A DNA stretch of 64,000 bases from Balanoglossus misakiensis (lineage: Eukaryota; Animalia; Hemichordata): positions 4,991,009 to 5,055,008 of the forward strand of contig CM082591.2 in NCBI GenBank assembly GCA_040954595.2, in the 5' to 3' direction. Position numbers and translations under genes: made by a program. The notes under the pieces are model-generated. The model did not search any database and had not been told where the DNA came from. It worked only from the letters and a program-made list of their open reading frames with translations. This document shows, piece by piece, positions 52,470 to 64,000 of the stretch (position 1 is the first letter of the stretch; the number at the start of each line of letters is the position of its first letter).

Positions 52470-53608
52470 TGCTCTTTATGGATGCTTACCCGGCATGTAG
52501 CAAACACCGGATTTAAAAATAGCACATGATTATACAGATAATATTTTGAGCTTTAAGCAACGTATACCCCTGTAACGAGAGAGGCATTATGCGAATGAGC
52601 CTATGACGCGATAGGTTTGCGATAAATAGGTGATCCAGCAGAAGGAGAGACAGCAGGCATGGTTACGCGGCGAGGCATGGACCTCCTTCCAACCTGCAGC
52701 TTGGCGAGAGCCATACTTAAAGTTGGAAAGGTAAGATTGGACATTTGGCTCGGTCATTCTGGGTGGCAACTCTTTTATAAATGCATGTCGACAGCTGCTA
52801 GGTATACAGTGTGAAATTGATCCACAGTACTGATGTGCTGACGTAGACATGGTTGTCTTTGTGGTCAGGTCAGCATACGCACAGCCACCTTTTAATGCCG
52901 AAGTTATTCGTTAACGTCTTGTAGAAGTCAACACTAACAAATGTTTTTCGAGCACTTGTTCACACTACCACAGTGGCGATGATCAGACTAGTATAGATGC
53001 TTAACTCGATGGCATATTTGCATGCACAACCCGTTCACAACACAATGTACATGCTTTCACGGAACTCTCACTCAATTTGCATGCTAGTGCCTACCGCTAT
53101 GAGTAATTTTGGCATCGGTAACACTAGTCGTTAACGGATGCCTCAAAACATGATCATGAATTTCTTGAATTCATTACAGTTTCTTAGAATTTGACTCCCC
53201 CACAAAAAAAACACATTTTTTTTCATATTAGACGTGAAAAATATTCTCTGCAAGGCATGTCACTGCACGATCTCTCATTGTTACGCGAACAGGAATAAAA
53301 TAAATATCAGGTTGTTAAGTATTAAAGTGAAAGTGAATAAAACATTTCTACTTTACAAGCACCGTCATCTCCAGACTCCTGCGTATAAAAAACGGATTAT
53401 CGAAAATTCGCTACGCTGTTTAATTCACACTGACTATCATTGAGTAGACCCACGCGTATAGATGGTTTAATTTCCGTTTGGTGGAAAGGTTTTCTGTTAA
53501 CGCTAATCGAAAATACTGCGACAAAGAAAGGTTAACTGACGCTTTGGTATTTCTATTCCGAATACACTGCTGGGAGTTCAGCTTTACAATAAAATGAAAC
53601 ATCTTTAA

Positions 53609-53696
53609 CCCTTTCACCCCCATTTCCATTTATAGAGGTCCAGCTTTACTGTAGTAAACAATTGATGTGGACCAAACCATAGTGGTGGTGAAAGGG
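53609..53696. mobile_element. Short piggyBac-type MITE
   Basis: TTAA|CCCTTTCACCCCCA ... TGGTGGTGAAAGGG, near-perfect TIR. The right TSD is decayed. Confidence 0.55.
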
Positions 53697-56047
53697 GAAC
53701 AGTCACAGATAGTGGTCACATGTACATGCCAGTGTGTAGTCCTTTCCGTTTTGCATTTGGAGATTTTGCATTCAAAATGAAATCCTGGACACCCCTATAA
53801 TATGTAGTGCTGTCCAATGAATTACAAGTACTCTTGTCCTAATGATGATGCGACTGCCAAACAATTTATTTCATCTGCAGTATGTCAGTCAAGTTTCCAC
53901 TTATGTTTAATTTTGATTAAGCTTATTAAAGCCCCACGAGCTGCAACTCGGTAACATTTATTAAGCTTTAACTATCTCAAATAATCTCGCTTATGCTTCT
54001 AATTCCATCTACTAAATTGAGATTGGGGACTACTTGCATATGACTTTAAAAGAGACGGTTACAAAACCTGATGCGGTCCAATAGGCTTGACGCCAGAACT
54101 GTCGACGTCTACACTGCCACATGTATCAACATTGTTAGAAAAAGCGATATTCTGACATCTCCAGAGACCTGGCTTCATATATTGTTAAGGACATCATACC
54201 AATAGAAAGAAACTTGGCTTACACGCAGACTGTAATCAAAACCCCGGCGCTGAATATTCTCATTGAGTTACCCCCTCATTCGACCAGACCATACATACCC
54301 TCTGTCATGATCTAGACAGATCAAAATTTCCAAATAAATGATTGCAGTATTCACATAAATTGTTCAGAGGGGAATGGGGAACATGAAAACTTAAAAGTGT
54401 ACAGGGAGAAATAAATTAGTTATTTGGTGAGCATGATTTATCTGCCATCGATGAGAATACTTTGCCGACGGTTATGGTGATTCCAGCTAAAGATTCGGAA
54501 TGTTAGGATTGATAAGGTTATCATCTGATTTCCACCCTGTGTGAGTTAAGATCGAATTAATGTTGCGCTTTGTAAATTTACCGTGATTTTGCCCCCGACG
54601 ACTCGAATTTCCAGGCGGGAAACTAGCGATATTCTATCCACGTCCCACGCTCCCTATAACAGTTTCTCGACCATGTTGTAGTTACAGTTAAACACATCCA
54701 GTAGTTTTCAACGTGTCGTAATGTCGCCTGTATCTGCGCCGCTACTTAACTCGGTATGCCAATCTTTATATTGTGCTAATCTTGGTACAAATTTTGGCAT
54801 TTTAATAGTGTAGGACTCAAGGGAGCTATGCAGTCTGGAGCCATGATTATTTGCTAATGGACCGCATGGGTTATACACGTCATCAGTGCCTTAGTAGGGT
54901 TTCAAGTCAGCTAAAGTATTTACGCATTAATTTCCTTTGGTGGGATTAACACTGCCAGTCAACGTGAATTTGAAGAGAAAAACTCTCTATCCCTACAGCC
55001 CCCTAATTGAGATTGTCACTTGAAAGTATGCAAGTGTGTACCATCTATTAGAAGTCTTGACGGAATTGAGTATATGACTTGTCCAATCAACGTCGCCTGC
55101 AACATTCGGTAGCAATGGAAGAGACCAGTTCATTAAAAATGGAAGGAAGCGGTTTAGACATATTTGAAAACCTAACATTTGTTAACGGTTAAATCAATTT
55201 GGAAAATTTTCGACATTTTTGTTCAAAATTTGACATTTTTTGTTAAACTCTGCACCTATTCTAGTTTCATACAAAGTTTGAATTCTATCACTTGGGTTAC
55301 ATCTAATTCAAGCGAGCCATAGACATGAATGTATTGTGGATACCGCCAGAACGGTCAAAAGGTGCAACTTCTGCCATGTATAGCACACGCTAGTTATATT
55401 ACACATGTCAAGCACGTACCGGACTGTCGATGGCGATAATGGGATAATGATGATCAACCTACTGCCCTGTCGAGTTGCTCTATACAAGGATTTAGAATCC
55501 TGCGAGGGGGTTGAGATTGAGCATAGACTAATTGCATATTCTGATACCATCACCTTGATGGAAAAAAGGAAAGCACTTATCTAAGCGATAAGCGTACAGA
55601 CCTTTGGACTGCGGATGTGTATTTATTCCAATGAAATTGAATGAATGGTCGGTCGGACACATCTCCATAGGCGACACCATACCATTATAATTAAAACATG
55701 CCAATGCCACATAGAAAATGCATATAAATATTGTACTGATTTGGTATAGAAAATTAATTATTTAACCATTTGTGTTGTGGTAAATAGAATAACAATTATG
55801 CTTTCGTACACGAAGGAAAATAAAGTATCGTCGAAAACAGCCCCTTTCTCTATCATTACAGATAAAATATCCCTGTTTACTAAATTTTCAAAGCTTATTT
55901 TTCCACCACATTTTTGCGTGTGCTTTTCTCGAGAACTTCAGACGCTTCAGTTTTAACGTTTACTGGTACGGAGCATGCGCAAACATCACAGCAGTTATGG
56001 TTAAAGGCGGTGTTGAATACTTCGCGGCAATTACGCCGATTAAAGTC

Positions 56048-56055
56048 TATAAAAG
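56048..56055 (+). promoter_or_regulatory. Candidate TATA box for the GPCR transcript
   Basis: Consensus TATAAAAG ~1 kb upstream of the GPCR ATG, with candidate donors at ~56260 and ~56322 and a good acceptor (tttttatcttgcag) ending at 56754. Confidence 0.3.
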
Positions 56056-57042
56056 CACAGCATTCTCTGTGTCACTGATGAAAATAAATTCTACTGCCCA
56101 TAGATCGCCAGCAGACATCACAGTTGTTCAGTATTGCACGCGTCAGTGTCATTTTACGACTATTAAAGTTTGGGCACAGGGAAGTCGCGAAGGCTCAGCG
56201 TATTAACATGATTGAGGATGTGAGATACAGGTGTAAAGTACTTTTTTCAAAAAACGTAGGTAATAACAACCGTGTTGTTTTCAAGAAGCGTGACTGTATA
56301 CTCCAAAATCACACCCTTCAGGTAGTGGCAGCTCCACACGAGTTTATTTTTGTACGAGTCGGGTATTTCCGCGTGAGATACATGCTTGTTGTTTCCTGGC
56401 TTGTCTCGTGTAATTTCCTGCCAATGTAAAGGAAATACGACGGCCCTGGGCACCTATTTAAGTTGTGTGCTCATATTTATCTCACTGCTTGCTTCTCGGA
56501 CAAGTCATTGTCAAAGGGCTTCGTCTCCACTGGAGCAATAAGTTAAGGGCCGATGAACGTCTTATGCGCATGTGCGTAATTTCGTGTATACAAATATTAC
56601 ATCCACAAACGGGTGACACAGGATTTCGTGACACAACTATAATATGAATTTAAAACAATACAAACATCGTTATTCGTTCTACAACTGTGAACGAATATAT
56701 GTTGGAGTGTCTGATTTTCTTTGATAAATATAGTCATTAATTTTTATCTTGCAGAACGAACGGAGATTTGCTCTTCACCACAGATCATGTCTGCACCAAC
56801 TGACATCATACAACTGACGCCTGGGTTGTTAGAAAACGGCTCGACAGTGCCTAGAAAATCAATTCCTAAAACGAAGATAAAAATACTAAGGAAGAAATCC
56901 CGAAACGCGGAGTTGACATCAGTAACCCATACTTTACCTGACTGCAGTTAAACAATATTTGAACACATACAAACATATTACTATTTAGGCCCTAATTGAC
57001 GGCGACAGGTTATTCTTCATTAGCGAAGAAATAGGCCTAATC

Positions 57043-57945
57043 ATGGATATGCCCTTTATGAACTCGTCGTTCGTCCCTCCCAAAGTCGATCAGAACCTTT
57101 ACGTGTACTACATCAACTTCGCCATTTCCGTTGTCGGCTTCCTCAATAACTTTTCATTTATCACCGTCCTGTGGAACGTCAAGGAAATCCGCACGAAGAC
57201 AAATCTGCTCTTGCTAAACCTGGCCGTGGCCGACATCCACTTCCTGATAAGCCGCTACGTGTTCTACTTTCTGGAAGAGTTGCGCTTCCAATGCGCCATC
57301 TTCCGAATGTTCTACTTTGTTCCACTGGTGGAATCCTGCCTTACTATAAGCCTGGTCAGTGTGGAGAGATACGTGGCCGTGTGCCACCCCTACAAGGCAC
57401 GCAGGTGTCTGAGCAATTCCAGACTGGGAATCAGTGTCTTTTGCACCTGGATCTTCAGTTTCATGTTTTCATCGATGTACACAATGGCCTGCTTCGATTT
57501 TGTCAGCCCGTTGTCGGGCTATCACTTGGCCATGGCGTGCATGTTTCTGTTTTGCTTCATTCTGTTGCTGTGCATCTCCTTGGTGACGCTGCTCTACGTT
57601 CTCGTCGCCAAGGAGATGTACAAGAGGAGCAACTCCAGGGGGTTCCCGCCCGACAAGTTAGTTCTCCGCGAGAACAGGCAAGTTTTCAGGACAGTCTGCG
57701 TGACGGCCATCGTCCATTTTTGTTGCATATTTCCCGCCACTTTGTATTTTCTCGTGTCGTCGTTCACACTCGCGGAGGGTTACAGAGAGACTACTGCGCA
57801 TGAAGCCCTGGCTATGGAAATTTTAGGTTTCATTGTTGAAACTCTTCTGACAGTAAATTCTTCTATAAATCCTTTCATTTACAAACTCGTGAGTTCCAAA
57901 TACAGGAAGGCGGCAAAACGGCTGTACATGTGCATAAGCAAGTAG
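57043..57945 (+). CDS. Intronless class A (rhodopsin-like) GPCR, peptide-receptor-like orphan
   Basis: 300-aa ORF with 7 hydrophobic segments and class A motifs: TM1 GFLNN, TM2 NLAVAD, TM3 Cys and SVERYVAVCHP, TM4 Trp, TM6 FCCIFP, TM7 NSSINPFIY, helix 8 SSKYRKAA, N-terminal N-glycosylation site NSS. Confidence 0.95.
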   Translation: MDMPFMNSSFVPPKVDQNLYVYYINFAISVVGFLNNFSFITVLWNVKEIRTKTNLLLLNLAVADIHFLISRYVFYFLEELRFQCAIFRMFYFVPLVESCLTISLVSVERYVAVCHPYKARRCLSNSRLGISVFCTWIFSFMFSSMYTMACFDFVSPLSGYHLAMACMFLFCFILLLCISLVTLLYVLVAKEMYKRSNSRGFPPDKLVLRENRQVFRTVCVTAIVHFCCIFPATLYFLVSSFTLAEGYRETTAHEALAMEILGFIVETLLTVNSSINPFIYKLVSSKYRKAAKRLYMCISK

Positions 57946-60900
57946 GGTAGTTTCATCTCCAAGAGAAATGCTTAGTACAAATGTTACTCTAAGATACATC
58001 ACGAATAAGATCACTATTAGTGGAAATATTCCCTGATGGGTGAAGTTATTTAAACAGGATCCTAGCGGTTTCCTAATCATGATGAACCAAAATTATAGTA
58101 AAACTATATTTATTTTGAATTTGAAAAAAATTGTTATTATCATAGAAACATATTCTCTGAAATATCTCGTCCGATTGCTTTAAATTTAGATCTGCAGTGC
58201 CCAAGGGATATTGATATTATTGCATATAAAATATAAATTAAAACATTGTCTTTTCGAGCATTTTGAGCAAACTCAGTTTTTCATATTAGCACATTAACTT
58301 TGGTTAGTAGATGCTTCCTGATGAAGTAGAATTTAATTACGATTGTACGATATGTACAGCACGTGCATAGTCTATTTCAGTTATGTAAATGTTCAGTTAT
58401 GTAACTTCCACATGTTCACACTCATAGAGTGTTTTGATTGGTTCTAGACAGAATAAACATTGGAATTTAGGGGATACAAGCACGCAGTGTCTGCCTGCGC
58501 AGGTGTTTGGTCGTCGCATGTTCCCACAATGAACGTTATGAATTTGGTGTCTCGTGTGCAAATGACTGTAAACTGGGGCGGGGTGATTGATCGCACGCAC
58601 ATAGACTATGAGCAGGAAACGTGTGCAAAGAGGGAGAGATAAATGCCACTTTTTCTCAACAAGTCGTGACGGATTCTGCACGGCATGCATGCCTTCGTGA
58701 CAGCTTTGGGGCACTGGAATGTTGAAATGTCATTTCTGTTCATCGCAGTCAACTGCTGAAATTAGAATTACCGCCGCCGACATGATGGCAACAGGCTGTG
58801 AACGCCAAAGATACAGCGCAGGTGTCTAAGGGCGTCAAGCCATGGAATCAGTTCGTTGATTCGCAACATATGGTACACAGAGAATGTTTATACAAGTTGT
58901 ACTAGTATTCTGTTATCGTCAAAAAGCCGGAAGAGCGATTTGCCCCAATAAATTAGCATATTTAAGAACAGACAGTTAACTAACGTTTAGATTGATATCG
59001 GCTAGATTTTCACCAACTCAGATGCCTAACGGCAGTCATGCTCACTAAAACTTAGTAATTTATCTTACCATTTTGAAAATATTTCTATCGAATTCACTCT
59101 TGCTGTTTTGCGCGCGCACACACTGGTAAACAGGCAGACCCGCCATCAGACAGACATACTGATACACACAGGGTAATTTAAGTACGACCTATCACGATGT
59201 ACCTCGTCATTGTACAGCCCCGCCATCGCCATTCACGACTGTCGCGTGACCGGTAACTGACCGGACGCACTGCACTATCTCTCAGACAGAGAAACTAATA
59301 GTCTGTTGCCCGGGGTGAAATACAACAGATTTTATTTCAGATTCGTAGGGGAAGAAGACCCAACGGGATCACGAGCCCTAGTTACCTGAATACGTTGCAA
59401 ATGCCGAGGAAATGATGTACTGATGGTCCCGGCCCTAACATCGATGAATACTAGTATTCTCTCACAGACGTAGACAACAAGGTGTTGTGCATAACACTAC
59501 AAGTAACTATTATAATAGTTAATCAAACAATTTAAGCTACTTCGGAAATTACTGACTGATGACGACACATTTCTCAGTTATGTTTTATCTTACTAGCTGT
59601 CTTGGCGTCGGCTTAAAACTTGAATTAAGTATATGTTCTACTCTAAGATCTGTATGTTGGTGAACTAAGCAAAACCGCTCATTGCAAATGTATAGGAAAC
59701 TTTGAGCAATGAAAGCCATCTTGTACGTAAATACACTCCTAATTTCAAGTCCCCCGAGACATTTTTCGCAATAGGCTCTGTATGGTCTCTTCCTGATCCT
59801 TGATTACACTTGGATAACCTTAAGGAGCCCAATAATACGTAACTCATTTTCTTAATGCATTTTATAAGTGTGCATGTAGGCTTATTAAACATGATTGTGG
59901 AGGTCTAAAACAGTTGCTGGGCACAAGGTACATACGTCTGCTTTGCCGTAATTCTTATGGGCATGTCCTTATGTCAAATGCGGTCGGCATTTCCTGCCAT
60001 TGACTTGACTGGTCACGTGTAAAATCGCGTGATTTGTGTTATCTGCAAGTGGATTAGATTTTTAATGACCGATATTGCCTTTAAAATATTTTCAAATGCG
60101 TCGGGGTACAGTTGTCACCACAAAGACAATGCATCAAGCGGCCTGCACCAAATGGACAGTAATTTTGCCGCAAAACCTCGGAAAAACGCTAACTTGCTAT
60201 TTAAAGTGGTACACCTAACATTTGTTAAATACAGCGTGTACGGTTCACTTTGCACCATCTGCCTTGTCAAATTTTGTTTGTTTTTCAAATGTTACATCTT
60301 CTCGAGAGGGCGCCCCTCCCCCAATTACCAAGGACTGTACATACAGCGTGGTTAGATTAAGACTGGTTATAGATCTCAATTCGACTTTATCTTAATAACA
60401 TTAATTGTTTGACTGAATGTATGAGTTAGTAACTACAAAACCATTTGTATTCGTTTTAAACCTTTCCTAGACAACTACTTTCTACGCCTCTGACTGCATT
60501 CGGAGAAATGCCCAACTGCCCCAAGGTATTTCAGAACATGCCTTGGCAAATTGGTTTGGCGTATGACTACGAGGCTACAGATTGTATCTTGGCTTGTATT
60601 AGATTTCCATGGCAACAACGTACGCACACAAAGTCGATGACGACCACACACGCAGCTGGCCAAGCCAGGGCCTTTGTTTCAGTACATGTACATGTAATTT
60701 GAAATGTACAGCAGTGAATAGACAAGAAGAACGCCATCAGCGTTCACATAGGTCACATTCTTTTGTTCAAGAACTTGAAAAGAAGGTACATGTACGCACG
60801 TACGTACGCGCTGAGGTAGACGTGTCTACGGTCACAATACAGAAGGTCACGTATATACTGGAAGTTGATAGTCAGAATCGGGTACAATATTAATATGCAC

Positions 60901-60984
60901 TTATTGATAACCTGCATTACACCGCCAAGCGAGGCATGAATTTTATTTCAGTATAGATATTACGTATTCACAATCTAAGCTTAC

Positions 60985-61151
60985 AGGTAGGAAATCGGTC
61001 ACCTCTAATTAACATATGCCTATGTCTGTGTTCGAATGACCACGTGGCGGCGCACTTTTTTCGCGTATGCCACTCACTGAAATTCTGCGATTTGCTTATT
61101 TGAAATTTCCATGGCAACAGTGGTTAAATTTGCATAGGTGACCGTATACCT
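60985..61151. mobile_element. Kolobok-like MITE, copy 4
   Basis: CGGTCACCTC ... CATAGGTGACCGTATACCT|TTAA, colinear with copy 1. Confidence 0.65.
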
Positions 61152-61354
61152 TTAACCTGAGAAAAACCCTAACCTACGTTGGTTACGAATTGATGTAGTA
61201 TAACGAGCGACTTTGTATATTCAAATGTCGAAAACTGAGTTTTCTGCCAACGCCTTTGTTATTGTCATGCGCAGAAAAAAGTCGTCACTTTTCACTGTTT
61301 TTTCCTGATTAGTTTAAGGGGAACCCCACCCTTCAAGCAAAGACTAGTACTGTA

Positions 61355-61560
61355 TACTGTAACATGTTATTTTCGCGAGCAACAAATTTTCGCAAAATAC
61401 GCGAGAGCCAAAATAGCGTGAGAATAAAAAGTCGCGTAATTTTTTTTTAAGATAACGATGCAGTGAATGAAATAAGAGAACGCGAAAATTAATACTCGCG
61501 CAACAGTGGCCTCTCTCGATATCGCGAAAATTTCAATTCGCGAAAATAAATCGTTTTAAA
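61355..61560. mobile_element. MITE with TTTTCGCG/CGCGAAAA sub-terminal repeats (Tc1/mariner-like)
   Basis: TACTGTAA...TTATTTTCGCGA at the left, repeated CGCGAAAAT and TCGCGAAAATAA at the right, in inverted arrangement. Confidence 0.55.
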
Positions 61561-62680
61561 ATTATTAAGCAACATACCTCTTGTCGTACACAAATTATCC
61601 TCCAGACCTCCGTGTTGTTCTCGATGACGCCACACTTACCTCCTAAATGTCCTTTATATTTTTTCCGTACATTGATGACCTACCTGTGTTTTCATATTCC
61701 TTTCTTACATATTCGATAAACGATTACAATTTCACCACAAAGCAGACACACGCTGTACAACACAACGGCTGTCGGAAACTTCGGTGCACAGGTGCACGTG
61801 TCTCAATAGACGAACGAACTTTGACCCAACTGTAGCGAACGCGAGAGTCATGCGTGTCGCACATGTTTCCGGCCACTGATCAAAAACAACGCTCACACTC
61901 TGAAAATTTACCACACCTACCATGACCAATACCTGTGTCTTTGTCTTGAATTCCATCCACAATATTAGGCACACGGTTGAAAAGTCAGAACACAAATAAA
62001 GTCACAACAAGCAGTCGACGATTTCCTTTGGCAATGTCATGTTGATGTCCTTAGGCTTAGTCCAATGTCACACAACACATGAATTGAACGCAAGTTGAGT
62101 TACTTTGATTTTCCAATCCAGGTATTGCACAGCGCTGTGGTTTCGTCTCGAAACCGTGTTCAGTCCCACACAAACCTCAGTGTCGTAAAAATGAATGGGA
62201 ACACACGTAATTCCATCCACGCCTTCCACCGTCGCGTCGCGCAAAATTCCCGGCAAAATTCCATCTCCGCGTCTCCGTCGCGTCGTGCATGTGCACTGAC
62301 TGCGCGAATGTTCATATGCAATTATTGTTATGTAAATTAGCGTTATGTAAATTATTTCTCCATGGATCAACACAACTTTCAATTTCAAAATGACACAGCA
62401 CGGATTTCGTGTTCTTTTAAAAAGTTATTTTAGCCTACCTCGGATTCAGAGAATTATACATGTGTCCTTCCAGCCGACGCCGCGCACCGTATGCAGAGAG
62501 AGAGAGAGAGAGAGGGGGGGGGGGGGAGGGAGTGCACGTGGAAGCACAGGGACCCTTAGCCTCCCGATAATATGTTGTTTGTCTCTATCGGGGGGGGGGG
62601 TACCTACACGGGATGGGATTAGGAAGCGTGCGCCGCGATCGGAATGATTTCGTCGATATTTTCGTCGATAAGTTCCTCAC

Positions 62681-62753
62681 CTGCTTTCATACAGTAACAA
62701 TCGCCAAAACTTTGTGAAGCTTCGAGGTCATTATTGTCGCTGTCCCACATCAT
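62681..62753 (-). CDS. Candidate first coding exon of an unidentified minus-strand gene (MMWDSDNNDLEASQSFGDCYCMKA, phase 1)
   Basis: AAAATGATG start, upstream in-frame stop, strong donor CAG|GTGAGG at 62680. No downstream exon identified. Confidence 0.3.
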
Positions 62754-63542
62754 TTTCGGCGAAAACGGCTCAACACTCAGGCACACGATGATGACGATAA
62801 TGATGACAAATTGAGACCGCCAGGCATATCATTATTAATTCCGAGTGACGTCTTCTCACCTTTGACATCATGCACGGAAAAGACTTTTCAGTAATCAGCC
62901 AATAATGCCTCCAATACTATCACAAAACATATTCTAACGTAAAAACGTGTATACAATGCAATGCTTTGCTATTTTGGAAGATAACGCGTCAATTATTTTT
63001 TTAAAAATTGACCGGAAGTTGCTAAGTTGGGACGATCCAGTGGAAATTTGCATAATATTAATATTATCACACAGACCGGACAATCGGCCCCAAGGGCAAT
63101 GGACGTATTAAATATATATCCGTCGACGAGTTCTATTTCAAATATAAACGCTTTAGTCTACCTTTGCAGACGTTTTAAGGGAGAACAGTATTTTGCCTTG
63201 GTCCCATTTTGGTAACAAACATAATAGTCAGGTTCCAACACACGTTCACACATAGCTGCAGAAACACGCGTTGGTGGTGGTGGTGGGGAGGGGGTGTGGT
63301 AATTATGCTGGTTTCCCCACCAAAAACCAGTATATACTGGACAGCAGTAGACTATATGTCAGATCATGGCGACGCAATCGTGAGAAAACAAGCTCAGCGT
63401 GTGAATTTGAACGAATAAACGACTGGGAGTAAACAGAACCATTAGGGGAATAGGATCAGTTCCCATGATGAAAATATTAGCCCTTTTCTTGTGAGGTTTA
63501 ATGGTAAACATACCAACCTCGGGGCTCAAGCCACAAATCTAC

Positions 63543-63646
63543 CTGTTTAATCTGGCCTGCTCCTCCGCTGGACTGGGGTAGGCCGACACGTTTCTTACTA
63601 CCTCGCGTGGATCCTCAGTGTGTTGTGGGGCCGCGGCATCGTCCAT
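63543..63646 (-). CDS. Candidate first coding exon of an unidentified minus-strand gene (MDDAAAPQHTEDPREVVRNVSAYPSPAEEQARLN, phase 2)
   Basis: Sharp GC-rich island starting at GCTATGG and ending at donor CAG|GTAGAT (63542). Protein-like composition, but no downstream exon identified. Confidence 0.45.
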
Positions 63647-64000
63647 AGCGCGATGATGAAAAGTGAAACAATAAAAACAAATGTACATAAGTTGTGCCGT
63701 CTTTGAACGCATGAGGGCGGTATTCGATTTGAATGTAAGGTGCGCATGACGTAGTATAGACAAACAAACAAAACTTTGAAATTAAAAAAAGTGAGTCAGT
63801 TGAGCAATAAATCCACTTACGGTTCTTCTTTAATGATTACACCATTCTTTTACATGTATAATCAAAAGATATTATGATAAGGGCCGATTTTACCCTCAGC
63901 AGTGCGAATAATGAATTCAAATTTAGACTTTTACAGCAAAAAATTGAACAGACCGGCCTCGTTAAAACCGTTAGCAATTAACACCTCTATGAAGTGACAA

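Noticed and set aside
52740-52915. Possible DNA-transposon nuclease remnant (STDVL/DVDMVVFVV)
   Set aside because: Too short and frameshifted to support a call.
57171-58080. 210-aa overlapping + ORF and 85-aa antisense ORF over the GPCR
   Set aside because: Shadow frames produced by the GC-rich codon usage of the real GPCR CDS.
60604-61118. RFX X-box-like TTTCCATGGCAAC motifs
   Set aside because: One copy lies inside a MITE, and the motif is common in such repeats.
1-64000. tRNA, rRNA, snRNA or conserved miRNA genes
   Set aside because: None recognised by eye. A covariance-model scan (Infernal/Rfam, tRNAscan-SE) would be needed to exclude them.

Overview
AT-rich (roughly 38% GC by eye), CpG-undepleted, repeat-rich eukaryotic DNA. 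It looks like a marine invertebrate deuterostome, possibly an acorn worm, but that is an impression from repeat style and gene types, not a database result. Almost all ORFs in the supplied track are spurious. Reading splice signals by hand gives three credible + strand genes. (1) A 4-coding-exon, 127-aa secreted neuropeptide precursor at 5320-7671: signal peptide, a Cys-bridged peptide ending ...RGQQYALPQTLI-GKR (bombesin/GRP-like by eye), then an acidic C-terminal extension. (2) A 2-coding-exon, 145-aa neuropeptide precursor at 43508-44811 yielding GKGKLGLMF-amide and a basic ...DTYWHALSHIPV-amide peptide (kisspeptin/SALMFamide-like by eye). (3) An intronless 300-aa class A GPCR at 57043-57945. 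Neither precursor is visible intact in the ORF track. The window also has at least 12 perfect CRE palindromes, several TATA/Inr + first-exon modules, candidate first exons of a - strand gene near the right end, two decayed coding-like regions, a 40-bp minisatellite, microsatellites and several MITE/SINE families. No rRNA, tRNA or CRISPR array was recognised.
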